The notes beneath the pieces were generated by a model. The model was not told the DNA's origin. It made no database searches and was given only the letters and a program-made list of their open reading frames with translations. Positions 27,692-35,919 of a DNA stretch of 51,017 nucleotides are shown here, piece by piece; within the stretch, counting starts at the first letter, position 1; each line of letters starts with the position of its first letter. Source of the DNA: Eubacteriales Family XIII. Incertae Sedis bacterium (GTDB taxonomy: Bacteria > Bacillota > Clostridia > Peptostreptococcales > Anaerovoracaceae); contig JAISXZ010000166.1 in the NCBI GenBank assembly GCA_031270275.1, forward strand, positions 1 to 51,017, read 5' to 3'. The position numbers were made by a program, and so were the translations under genes.

Positions 27692-28975
27692 ATGGGAATG
27701 ACCATGACGCAGAAGATCCTTGCGGCCCACGCCGGGCTGAAGGAGGTCAAGGCCGGGCAGTTCATAGAGGCCGGCCTGGACATCGTGCTCGCCAACGACA
27801 TAACGGGGCCGCCTGCCGCGAAGGAATTCGCGAGGATGGGCGCGAAAAGCGTCTTTGACCCGGACAAGGTGGTCCTGGTCCCGGATCACTTCACGCCGAA
27901 CAGGGACATAAAGGCGGCGGCGCAGTGCGCGGAGCTCCGGGCCTTCGCGCGGGAGCAGGGGATCGTGAACTACTTCGAGCTGGGCGCAATGGGCATAGAG
28001 CACGCGCTGCTGCCGGAAAAGGGGCTTGTGGTCGCGGGCGACTCGGTGATCGGCGCCGACTCCCACACCTGCACCTACGGGGCGCTCGGCGCGTTTTCGA
28101 CCGGCGTCGGCTCTACGGACATGGCCGCAGGCATGGCGACAGGCAGGGCCTGGTTCAAGGTCCCCGCCGCCATGCGCTTCGAGATAACGGGCAGGCTGCA
28201 GGGATGGGTTTCCGGCAAGGACGTGATCCTGCACATAATAGGCATGATAGGCGTCGGCGGCGCACTCTACAAGTCCATGGAGTTCGTGGGGCCGGGGCTC
28301 AAAAGCCTCAGCATGGACGACCGCTTCACCATAGCGAACATGGCTGTCGAGGCGGGCGCCAAGAACGGCATATTCGAGGTGGACGACGTGACCAGGGCCT
28401 ACATGAGTGCGCACGTGAACAGATCGGGCAGGCCCGAAAAACGCGCCAGGGCCTACAGCCCGGACGACGACGCGTCCTACGAGAGGACGATAGGCATACA
28501 TCTGCCGGACATAAGGCCGACCGTGGCGTTCCCGCATCTTCCCGAGAACACCAGGGCCATAGACGACGTGGGCGAGATCCCCATAGACCAGGTGGTGATC
28601 GGCTCCTGCACCAACGGCAGGCTCGGGGACATGGAGGCGGCCGCGAGCATACTCAAGGGCAGGAAGGTGGCGGAAGGGGTCCGCTGCATAATATTCCCCG
28701 GCACGCAGCAGATCTATCTTGAATGCCTGCGGAAGGGCTACGCCGAGATATTCGTGGAGGCCGGCGCCGTGCTGTCAACGCCCACCTGCGGGCCCTGCAT
28801 CGGCGGGCATATGGGCGTCCTCGCGGCGGGCGAAAGGGCCGTTTCGACCACCAACCGCAACTTCGTCGGGCGCATGGGGCATGTCGATTCGGAGGTCTAT
28901 CTCGCCAGCCCCGCAGTAGCGGCGGCCTCCGCCGTGGCGGGGCGCATCGCCAATCCCGATGAAGTGGTCGTTTAG
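27692..28975 (+). CDS. leuC: 3-isopropylmalate dehydratase large subunit
   Basis: [11 protein letters not shown].., [15 protein letters not shown] and SCTNGR..CGPCIG aconitase-family cluster-ligand motifs. Confidence 0.95.
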   Translation: MGMTMTQKILAAHAGLKEVKAGQFIEAGLDIVLANDITGPPAAKEFARMGAKSVFDPDKVVLVPDHFTPNRDIKAAAQCAELRAFAREQGIVNYFELGAMGIEHALLPEKGLVVAGDSVIGADSHTCTYGALGAFSTGVGSTDMAAGMATGRAWFKVPAAMRFEITGRLQGWVSGKDVILHIIGMIGVGGALYKSMEFVGPGLKSLSMDDRFTIANMAVEAGAKNGIFEVDDVTRAYMSAHVNRSGRPEKRARAYSPDDDASYERTIGIHLPDIRPTVAFPHLPENTRAIDDVGEIPIDQVVIGSCTNGRLGDMEAAASILKGRKVAEGVRCIIFPGTQQIYLECLRKGYAEIFVEAGAVLSTPTCGPCIGGHMGVLAAGERAVSTTNRNFVGRMGHVDSEVYLASPAVAAASAVAGRIANPDEVVV

Positions 28976-29093
28976 CCGCTGATCCCGTCACGGCGCCGCG
29001 CGCGTCGCAAACAATCGATGAAATTCAGGAAGGCCGTATCCCGGGCGAAACATCCGATGGGATCGGGGGACGGCAAGCGATATGGAGGCTGCA

Positions 29094-29576
29094 ATGGGAA
29101 AGGCATTCAAATACGGCGACAACGTGGATACCGACGTCATAATCCCCGCCCGCTATCTTTCGACCTTCGATCCCGCAGAGCTGGCAAAGCACTGCATGGA
29201 GGACATCGACGCGGGCTTTGCCGGGGCCGTCAGGCCCGGCGACGTGATCGTGGGCGGCAGCAACTTCGGCTGCGGCTCGTCCCGCGAGCACGCGCCTGTG
29301 GCCATAAAGGGCTCGGGCGTCGCCTGCGTCATCGCGTCGAGCTTCGCGCGCATCTTCTACAGGAACTCCTTCAACGCCGGCATGCCCATACTCGAATCCG
29401 GCGAGGCCGCCGAGAGGATAAGGGCGGGCGACGAGGTTGAGGTGGACTTTGCGCGGGGCGCGATCCGCAACATCACGCGGGACGAATCCTACCGGGCCGA
29501 GCCCTTCCCGCCGTTCATCGCGAAGCTGATCGAATGCGGCGGCCTCGTCGATTACGTAAAGAGCCTGGGAGAATGA
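29094..29576 (+). CDS. leuD: 3-isopropylmalate dehydratase small subunit
   Basis: [15 protein letters not shown] and [12 protein letters not shown] motifs. GGAGG RBS precedes ATG 29094. Confidence 0.95.
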   Translation: MGKAFKYGDNVDTDVIIPARYLSTFDPAELAKHCMEDIDAGFAGAVRPGDVIVGGSNFGCGSSREHAPVAIKGSGVACVIASSFARIFYRNSFNAGMPILESGEAAERIRAGDEVEVDFARGAIRNITRDESYRAEPFPPFIAKLIECGGLVDYVKSLGE

Positions 29577-29590
29577 TGCTCCAAGACAGA

Positions 29591-29781
29591 CAAAAATGGC
29601 GTGGCGGGTGGGTAGTAACCAACTCAAATCGAAACTACTCACACGCCGCGTCAGTTTTGTCCAGATCGGGTTCTGGGGGCGATTTTGGCTCCCGGAGCGT
29701 ACTTGAAGCTACGTGAGGAAGCCAATAATCGCAACCAGGTTCCGAGATGGGCAAAAATGGCGTGGCGGGTGGGTAGTAACC
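29591..29781 (+). repeat. IR-B long-hairpin intergenic repeat, copy 1 (with 30-bp terminal direct duplication)
   Basis: Perfect 30-bp direct repeat CAAAAATGGCGTGGCGGGTGGGTAGTAACC at 29591-29620 and 29752-29781. Between them is an imperfect palindrome TTTGTCCAGATCGGGTTCTGG...CCAGGTTCCGAGATGGGCAAA. Outer stem 29634-29649 pairs with 29760-29777. Confidence 0.85.
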
Positions 29782-29805
29782 TATTAGAAAGGGGTTTTAT
29801 GGATT

Positions 29806-30882
29806 ATGGACTTTAGTATAGCAGTAATAAAGGGCGACGGCATCGGCCCCGAAATAGTGGACCAGGCCGTAAAGGCGCTCGACGCCGTAGGCGCGGCCTA
29901 CGGCCACAGCTTCGCATACGAGCGCGTGCTGGCCGGCGGCGAGGCGATAGACGAATGCGGCGAGGCGCTTCCCAAGCGCACCGTGGACGTGTGCAAGGCG
30001 GCGGACGCCGTGCTGCTGGGCGCCGTCGGGGGCTGGAAATGGGACAGCCTGCCGGGCGGCGAGCGCCCCGAGACGGCCCTTTTGGGCCTTCGGAAGGAGC
30101 TCGGCCTGTTCGCCAATCTGCGCCCCGCCATACTCTTCGAGGAGCTGGCCGACGCCTGCCCGCTGCGCCCCGAGCTGACGGCGGGCGGCCTGGACCTCAT
30201 CGTCGTAAGGGAGCTGACGGGCGGCATCTACTTCGGCGAGCGCGGCCTGAGAAAGACGGAGGACATGGGGGAGGCCGCCTATGACGTGGAGATATACTCG
30301 GAGGGCGAGGTCCGGCGCATAGGCAAGGTGGCCTTCGACATGGCGGGGAAGCGCGGGGGCAGGCTGACGAGCGTGGACAAGGCCAACGTCCTCGAGAGCT
30401 CGAGGCTCTGGCGGCGCGTCATGACGGAGCTGGCGGAGGGCTACCCGGATGTCGAGCTTTCGCATCTCTACGTGGACAACGCCGCCATGCAGCTTGTCAA
30501 GAACCCCCGCCAGTTCGACGTGATCGTCACCGGCAACATGTTCGGCGACATCCTCTCGGACGAGGCGAGCATGATAACGGGCTCGCTCGGGATGCTGCCG
30601 TCCGCCAGCCTTTCGGCGAGCGGCGCGGGCATGTACGAGCCGAGCCACGGCTCCGTCCCCAAGCTCGCAGGGCTCGACAGGGCCAACCCCATGGCGACCA
30701 TACTGTCCGCCGCCATGATGCTGAGGCATTCCTTCGGCCTCGCGGAGGAGGCGGCGGCCGTGGAAAACGCCGTGAAGGCCCTGCTCGCCGAAGGCTACAG
30801 GACGCCCGATCTGTTCGTTGAGGGCAAAAGGCTGATCGGCACTTCCGAGACCGGCGACATAGTAGCCGCGCACATCACATAA
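29806..30882 (+). CDS. leuB: 3-isopropylmalate dehydrogenase
   Basis: [14 protein letters not shown] and [25 protein letters not shown] motifs. Confidence 0.95.
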   Translation: MDFSIAVIKGDGIGPEIVDQAVKALDAVGAAYGHSFAYERVLAGGEAIDECGEALPKRTVDVCKAADAVLLGAVGGWKWDSLPGGERPETALLGLRKELGLFANLRPAILFEELADACPLRPELTAGGLDLIVVRELTGGIYFGERGLRKTEDMGEAAYDVEIYSEGEVRRIGKVAFDMAGKRGGRLTSVDKANVLESSRLWRRVMTELAEGYPDVELSHLYVDNAAMQLVKNPRQFDVIVTGNMFGDILSDEASMITGSLGMLPSASLSASGAGMYEPSHGSVPKLAGLDRANPMATILSAAMMLRHSFGLAEEAAAVENAVKALLAEGYRTPDLFVEGKRLIGTSETGDIVAAHIT

Positions 30883-30899
30883 AGTGAGGGGCCTCGGCT

Positions 30900-30924
30900 G
30901 AAGCGCGCCCCGCGCTTCGGTTTT
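30900..30924 (+). terminator. hairpin plus short U-tract after leuB (weak terminator/attenuator)
   Basis: GAAGCGC-GCCCC-GCGCTTC followed by GGTTTT. Confidence 0.35.
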
Positions 30925-30965
30925 GGACGGGGCCGCAGTCGAAACAGATGAAAGGGGAAGTACAG

Positions 30966-31343
30966 ATGAGAAGGATCGTAAACGCGGACGCCGCGCCCGC
31001 GGCGATAGGCCCGTACTCCCACGCAAACGTCATTGGGGAGCTGGTTTTCACCTCCGGGCAGCTGGGCCTCGACCCGGCCACCGGCAAGCTCGCCGACGGC
31101 ATAGAGGCGCAGACGGATCAGGCCCTGAAAAACCTGGCCGCCGTGCTTGAGGCCTCGGGCAGCTCCCTCGACAGGGTTCTCAAGGCTACGGTGTTTCTGT
31201 GCGACATGGGGGCCTTCGCGGCCGCGAATGCCGTCTACGCACGCTATTTCAGCGGCGGCAGCCTGCCCTCGCGGTCCGCGGTGGAGGTCTCCGGGCTGCC
31301 TATGGGCGCGCTGATAGAGATAGAGGTCGTCGCCGCCGTGTGA
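30966..31343 (+). CDS. ridA: RidA-family reactive-intermediate deaminase
   Basis: APAAIGPYSHAN..VFTSGQLGLDPATGKL..EIEVVA is a typical YjgF/RidA pattern. GGGGAAG RBS precedes ATG 30966. Confidence 0.9.
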   Translation: MRRIVNADAAPAAIGPYSHANVIGELVFTSGQLGLDPATGKLADGIEAQTDQALKNLAAVLEASGSSLDRVLKATVFLCDMGAFAAANAVYARYFSGGSLPSRSAVEVSGLPMGALIEIEVVAAV

Positions 31344-31458
31344 TGACGCGGCCATCCGGCAGCGTCGATCTGGCGTTTTTGTCCGCCCTGCGGCGCGGCC
31401 GTTTCCGGCGGTGGCGCGGAGGCGCATAGAGCTGATGCCACCGAACAGGCTCCTGACA

Positions 31459-33777
31459 TTAGGCCCGTCCGGCCAGCAGCGCATCCAGCCGCACGACTAT
31501 CGCCGCGACCTCGGCGCGGGTCGCCGTGCCGCCCGGATCGAGGATGTTTCCGGGCTTGCCCTGCATTATCCCGCTGCCGTAGGCCCACATGAGCGCGTCG
31601 GAGGCCCAGGGCGAGACGTCGCCGCTGTCCACGAAGTCCAGCGGCGCGGCCCTGGAGCCGTCAAGGCCCGCAGAGACGGCGTACTTGTAGGCCATCACCG
31701 CCATCTGCTCCCTCGTGACAGGCAGGCCGCCGCCAAAAAGGCCCTCGCCCATGCCGTCTATTATCCCGCTGCCGTAGCCCCATGCGACATAGGGGCCGAA
31801 CCATTCGCTGGGCCTCACGTCGTCGAATATCCTGCCCGCGTAGCTGCCGGGATCTATCTTCGCCATCCTCCCCAGCACCGTTATGAACATCGCGCGGGTC
31901 ATCTCGCCGTCCGGCGAGAAGCTGCCCTCGCCCGTCCCGACAAAATAGCCCCCGTCATAGACGGCCTGCACGTAGTCCCTGTACCACGAGCCCGCCTCCA
32001 CGTCCGAAAAGACCTCGTCCACGGATCCGGCCGACGCGGCGGCCCGGCCCGAGTCCTCGGACGCGGGCTTCTCGGCGGCTTCCTCGGGCTCCGACGGCTC
32101 CTTCTCGACGGGCGCCGCAGGCATTCCGCCGCCACCCCCGCCGCCCCCGCCGCCGCCCGCGGGCGGCTCCGAGGGGTTCGCCGGCTGCGCGCCCGTAGGC
32201 AGCCACTTCGCGTAGAATGTCTTTTCAAACAGGGCGCCCGCCGGTACCGCGCTCGCGGCCTGGCCTGAAAGGCCGGGGTTGTCGTACCAGCCGGCGAACA
32301 CGGCGCCGCCCTTGCCCACCGACGAGGCGCCGGGAAGCAGCGCGCCCGTCGACGTATAGTAGCAATCGACGGCGCCGGGCGAGAGCTGGCCGTCGTTCAG
32401 GACATAGCTTATCGCGTGCGCCGTGGTCAGCCAGTCCACGAAGGCCGCCATGTCCGCCCTTCCGTAGCCGACGGCCCCCGCGTCCCCGCCGCTGAGCGCG
32501 CCGTCCTTTTTCGACGATCTCTCCAGCAGCGCCTCAAAGCCCGCGCCCGTTATGCCCTTGCTCACGCTTTTCGCTATCCCGGCCATGGCCGCCACCACGG
32601 GCGCGGCGAAGGATGTGCCGGCGCCCTGCGTATATGCCGAATCCCCCGAATGGCTGGGGCCGTGCATGCCTTCGCCGGGGGCGAGCACATCCACGCTGAT
32701 CCTCTGCGAAAAGCTGGACAGACTGCCGCCCGAGCCTATGGAGCCGACCCCCGTCACGTTCGGGAAGCTCGCGGGCCAGCTTTGCGTCGCGTTCCCGTCG
32801 TTCCCTACAGCCGCCACCAGGATCGCCCCCTTGGCTATCGCGCCGTTCACGGCGGCCTTGAGGAAGGCGGACGTGCCCATGGCGGCGGCTGTGCTGCCGA
32901 GGCTCATGTTTATCACGTCGGCGCCGTTGTCCGCCGCGTATTTTATGCCCGCTATCAGGTCGCTCTCGCGCCCGCCGCCCGCGCCGAACATCTTCACGCT
33001 CATCATCGCGGCCTTGTCCGCTATGCCCGCGACGCCCTTGCCGTTGTCCGTCTGCGCGGATATTATGCCGCTCACCATGGTCCCGTGGCCGATCTCGTCA
33101 CTATAGCTCGTGCTTCCGTCTATCGCGTTGTGCGTGCTTATGGCGAGGCCCTCGAAGTCCTCGTGCGTGTCCCGCACGCCGCTATCGACGACGGCTATCG
33201 TCGCGCCGCCGCCGCGCAGCCCCAGTCTCCATGCGGCGGAGGCATTTATGCCGTAGCCATCCTTCAGGCCCCATTGCTGGCCGTAAAGGCTGTCGCTCGG
33301 ATCGCCCGCGATGGGTTCGTCGTAGAGCCAGACGCTGTAGTCCGGCTCTATGGCCTCTATATGCCCCGGCGCGGCAAGGCCCAAGGCATCCTCCAGGGTC
33401 TCTGCCCTGTACAGGCCCTCGACGACCTCCTCGGCGCCCTCCGCGACGGCCGGCTGCGGCGCGCCCTCCTTAAGCATGACCAGATAGCCGTCGTGGGGCG
33501 CGTCCATGTCGCCGGAGAACAGGCTGAGCAGGGGGTCGCCGCCCTCGGCGGACGCCGTGGCGCCGAAGGCCGGCAGGCACAGCGCGAGGGCCAGCAGGAA
33601 GGCCGTCGGCCTGTGCCTGTTCAGGGACCCGGCGGGCGCCGGGCGCCGGGCCAGGCCTCCGATCCCGCCGCAGGCCGCGCGTTTCCCGCGATCCTGTCCA
33701 CAGGCTTTGCAAGCCCGCCCAAACGCGCCTATCCCAAACAGCGAGCCAAGCCCGCCAAATTTCCCTGATCCCCGCAT
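31459..33777 (-). CDS. S8-family (subtilisin-like) serine peptidase with Listeria-Bacteroides repeat and three C-terminal SLH domains
   Basis: Catalytic motifs IAVVDSGV (Asp), HGTMVSG (His) and GTSFAAP (Ser). FAGWYDNPGL..FYAKW repeat, a poly-Gly linker, and three SLH-like repeats (FSDVEAGSWYRDYV.., FDDVRPSEWFGPYV.., FVDSGDVSPWASDAL..). The start is uncertain (ATG 33777 or TTG 33798). Confidence 0.85.
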   Translation of the reverse strand: MRGSGKFGGLGSLFGIGAFGRACKACGQDRGKRAACGGIGGLARRPAPAGSLNRHRPTAFLLALALCLPAFGATASAEGGDPLLSLFSGDMDAPHDGYLVMLKEGAPQPAVAEGAEEVVEGLYRAETLEDALGLAAPGHIEAIEPDYSVWLYDEPIAGDPSDSLYGQQWGLKDGYGINASAAWRLGLRGGGATIAVVDSGVRDTHEDFEGLAISTHNAIDGSTSYSDEIGHGTMVSGIISAQTDNGKGVAGIADKAAMMSVKMFGAGGGRESDLIAGIKYAADNGADVINMSLGSTAAAMGTSAFLKAAVNGAIAKGAILVAAVGNDGNATQSWPASFPNVTGVGSIGSGGSLSSFSQRISVDVLAPGEGMHGPSHSGDSAYTQGAGTSFAAPVVAAMAGIAKSVSKGITGAGFEALLERSSKKDGALSGGDAGAVGYGRADMAAFVDWLTTAHAISYVLNDGQLSPGAVDCYYTSTGALLPGASSVGKGGAVFAGWYDNPGLSGQAASAVPAGALFEKTFYAKWLPTGAQPANPSEPPAGGGGGGGGGGGMPAAPVEKEPSEPEEAAEKPASEDSGRAAASAGSVDEVFSDVEAGSWYRDYVQAVYDGGYFVGTGEGSFSPDGEMTRAMFITVLGRMAKIDPGSYAGRIFDDVRPSEWFGPYVAWGYGSGIIDGMGEGLFGGGLPVTREQMAVMAYKYAVSAGLDGSRAAPLDFVDSGDVSPWASDALMWAYGSGIMQGKPGNILDPGGTATRAEVAAIVVRLDALLAGRA

Positions 33778-33828
33778 GTGCGTGTACCCCCTTGCCAACC
33801 AGCCGCCGCTGCGGCCTCATGCCCGTCC

Positions 33829-35733
33829 CTACAGCAGGTTCTTCCTGTATTCCGCGTAGGCGCGCTGCAGCGCCCCGGCCTTTTCCTGCATCTCGATCTG
33901 CATCGCCGAGGCGGCGTCATAGTCCTTTTCCCTTATCGCCGCCTTTATCCGCGTAAGCAGGCATTTCCTCTCGACCATGTCCTTGCACAGATAGTTCCGC
34001 AGCTCGCCTATCTTCGTCCAGTTCATCACGTCGAAGTCCGTGCAGTCGCTGTCGTGCAGCTTCCTGCACTCCCTGACTAGCTCCGTCACGTTCGACACGA
34101 TGCGGTTCTCGAGCTCTGTCGCCCACTGCGCCACGATGGCCGCCTTGTACGACTCTATGAGCGCGTCGCTGAACACGCCGCCCCTTTTCAGGGCCTTCGT
34201 CTTCTCGGGATACAGGGAAAGGGCGAGGATGTTCTCCCAGACCGTCTCGGGCGCCTTGCCGAAAAGCTCGCAGCGCTCCTCGTGGCTGTATTCCTCAAAG
34301 ACATCCTTCTCGCTCCTGTAGACCCTGCCCTTCTCGAGATAGAAATCATCCTCGCCCTGCCTCTTGGAGAGGCTTTCGAGCAGGCTGCCCGGCGCCTTGC
34401 CCGCGGCCAGCGCCGCCTCGATGCCGTCCAGCATCGCCAGGCAGGAAGCCGCCAGCACCAGATAGGTGTTGCTCTTGGGGTTCGGCGACCGCAGCTCGAA
34501 GCGCGTGGCAAGCGGGTTTGACATGTCCCTGACCAGCCCCGCCAGCACCGTCCTGTTCCGCGACGGGTTTCCCGCGTCATGCCCGATGGAGGTGACTATG
34601 CACACCGGCGCCTCAAAGCCGGCCTTCAGCCTGTTCAGGGCGTCGTTGGACGCCGTTATGAAGGGGTTCACGGCCTCGTAGTTCTTCAGGATGCCCATGA
34701 GGGCCCCGAAGCCTATGGGGCTCATGAAATCCTTGGACGCGTCGCGGGGCGCGAACAGGTTCACGAGCCTGCCGCTTTTCAGCCTCGCCGCCACGCCTAT
34801 ATGCGTGTGCTCCCCGCTGCCGGCAACCCCGTCTATGGGCTTCGCCATGAAGGACACCTCTAGGCCGTGGTAGCGGAATACGTCCTTCACTATGTACTTT
34901 ATCGTCAGCTCGTTGTCGGCGGCCTGGAGGGCCGTGCTGTATTCCCAGTCGATCTCGAGCTGCTCCATTATGTGGCTGTATCCGCCGGAGCTTTCGAGCT
35001 TCGCCTTGATCCCGCCGACCTCCTTGTGACCCATCTCGACGTTGAAGCCGTAGCGGTTCAGCAGTATTATGGTCTTTTCGAGCGCCGTGCGGACCGAGCC
35101 GCGCGTGCGCTGCCAGTACTGCTCCTTAAGCTCCTGCGAGGTCGAGAGCTGCTCCCTGTCGCCCTTGTCCTCGGGCGTCTTGACCCAGAATTCCAGCTCT
35201 GTGGCGGCCGTGATGAAGACCTCGTCTATCGCGTCGCCCTGCCCCATGTCGAGATGCGAGAGCACGTAGGGGTTTTCGGCTATGAGCCGCTTGGCCTCGC
35301 CGGCGAAAAGCCCCGCGGCCCGCTTTAGTATCTCGCGCGAGCCCACGGCGCTGGCGTCGTTGTGTATCAGGAACGAGGGTATCCTCAGCGTGCCCACCGG
35401 CAGATCCACCCCGTCGAGGACGTGCTCGAAGTTGTAGTCCACGTACCAGTCCACGTCCGGATCCGGGATGATGTCCACCTTCGCGTCGTTCAGCTCGGCT
35501 ATCCTCGGCAGGACGACGCTGGAGCCGTCCGTCTGCACGCCGCGCGCCAGCAGGCTTTCGAGCTTCCTGAGCGCGAGCTCCACGGGTATCTTCTCGTCCG
35601 TGTCGTGGCCCCCTATGTCGAGGCCCACAAGGGACACGAACTGCACCTCGGGATGGCCGCCCAGGTCCTCCCGGATGTGCTCGACTGAGTGCCTTTCTTT
35701 GGGAATGCTGAACAGCATCCTCTCATACATCAT
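33829..35733 (-). CDS. glutamine synthetase-family protein (type-III-like, about 634 aa)
   Basis: KPIDGVAGSGEHTHIGV and NRTVLAGLVRD..RFELRSPNPKSNTYL parallel the GS catalytic motifs. ATGATG at 35733 sits behind AGGAGA. Confidence 0.75.
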   Translation of the reverse strand: MMYERMLFSIPKERHSVEHIREDLGGHPEVQFVSLVGLDIGGHDTDEKIPVELALRKLESLLARGVQTDGSSVVLPRIAELNDAKVDIIPDPDVDWYVDYNFEHVLDGVDLPVGTLRIPSFLIHNDASAVGSREILKRAAGLFAGEAKRLIAENPYVLSHLDMGQGDAIDEVFITAATELEFWVKTPEDKGDREQLSTSQELKEQYWQRTRGSVRTALEKTIILLNRYGFNVEMGHKEVGGIKAKLESSGGYSHIMEQLEIDWEYSTALQAADNELTIKYIVKDVFRYHGLEVSFMAKPIDGVAGSGEHTHIGVAARLKSGRLVNLFAPRDASKDFMSPIGFGALMGILKNYEAVNPFITASNDALNRLKAGFEAPVCIVTSIGHDAGNPSRNRTVLAGLVRDMSNPLATRFELRSPNPKSNTYLVLAASCLAMLDGIEAALAAGKAPGSLLESLSKRQGEDDFYLEKGRVYRSEKDVFEEYSHEERCELFGKAPETVWENILALSLYPEKTKALKRGGVFSDALIESYKAAIVAQWATELENRIVSNVTELVRECRKLHDSDCTDFDVMNWTKIGELRNYLCKDMVERKCLLTRIKAAIREKDYDAASAMQIEMQEKAGALQRAYAEYRKNLL

Positions 35734-35748
35734 AGCTTTTCTCCTGAT

Positions 35749-35910
35749 GTTACTGCCCGGCGTCCACGTCATTTTTGCCCATCCCTGAACCTGGCTGCGG
35801 CTTTCGGCTCCTCACGTACCAGCAAGTACGCTCCGGGCCAAAACCCGCCTCCAGAACCCGGCCTGAACAAAACTGGCGCGCCCGCCGGGCAGTTTCGATT
35901 GGAGTCGGTC
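35749..35910 (-). repeat. IR-B long-hairpin intergenic repeat, copy 2
   Basis: Collinear with the reverse complement of 29620-29781. Perfect 11-bp outer stem ACTGCCCGGCG (35751-35761) / CGCCGGGCAGT (35883-35893). It ends about 6 nt from the GS gene RBS. Confidence 0.85.
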
Positions 35911-35919
35911 CCTAAACGC

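Noticed and set aside
28976-29093. Fifth, degenerate IR-B relic in the long leuC-leuD spacer
   Set aside because: Only short strings (ATCGATGAA, CCGATGGGA) resemble IR-B flanks or arms. There is no convincing long hairpin, and the similarity is within chance expectation by eye.
29752-29781. Sigma54 (-24/-12) promoter inside the conserved IR-B 3-prime module (TGGCGTG...GCA)
   Set aside because: The spacing between the GG and GC dinucleotides is 12 rather than 10 in two copies, and the GC element is missing in copy 1. No sigma70 boxes fit either.
32416-33768. 450-aa ORF on the + strand, plus several 80-330-aa ORFs across 31.4-33.8 kb
   Set aside because: All are antisense or out of frame relative to the S8/SLH protease, which has a complete catalytic triad. 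The products are Arg/Ala-rich.
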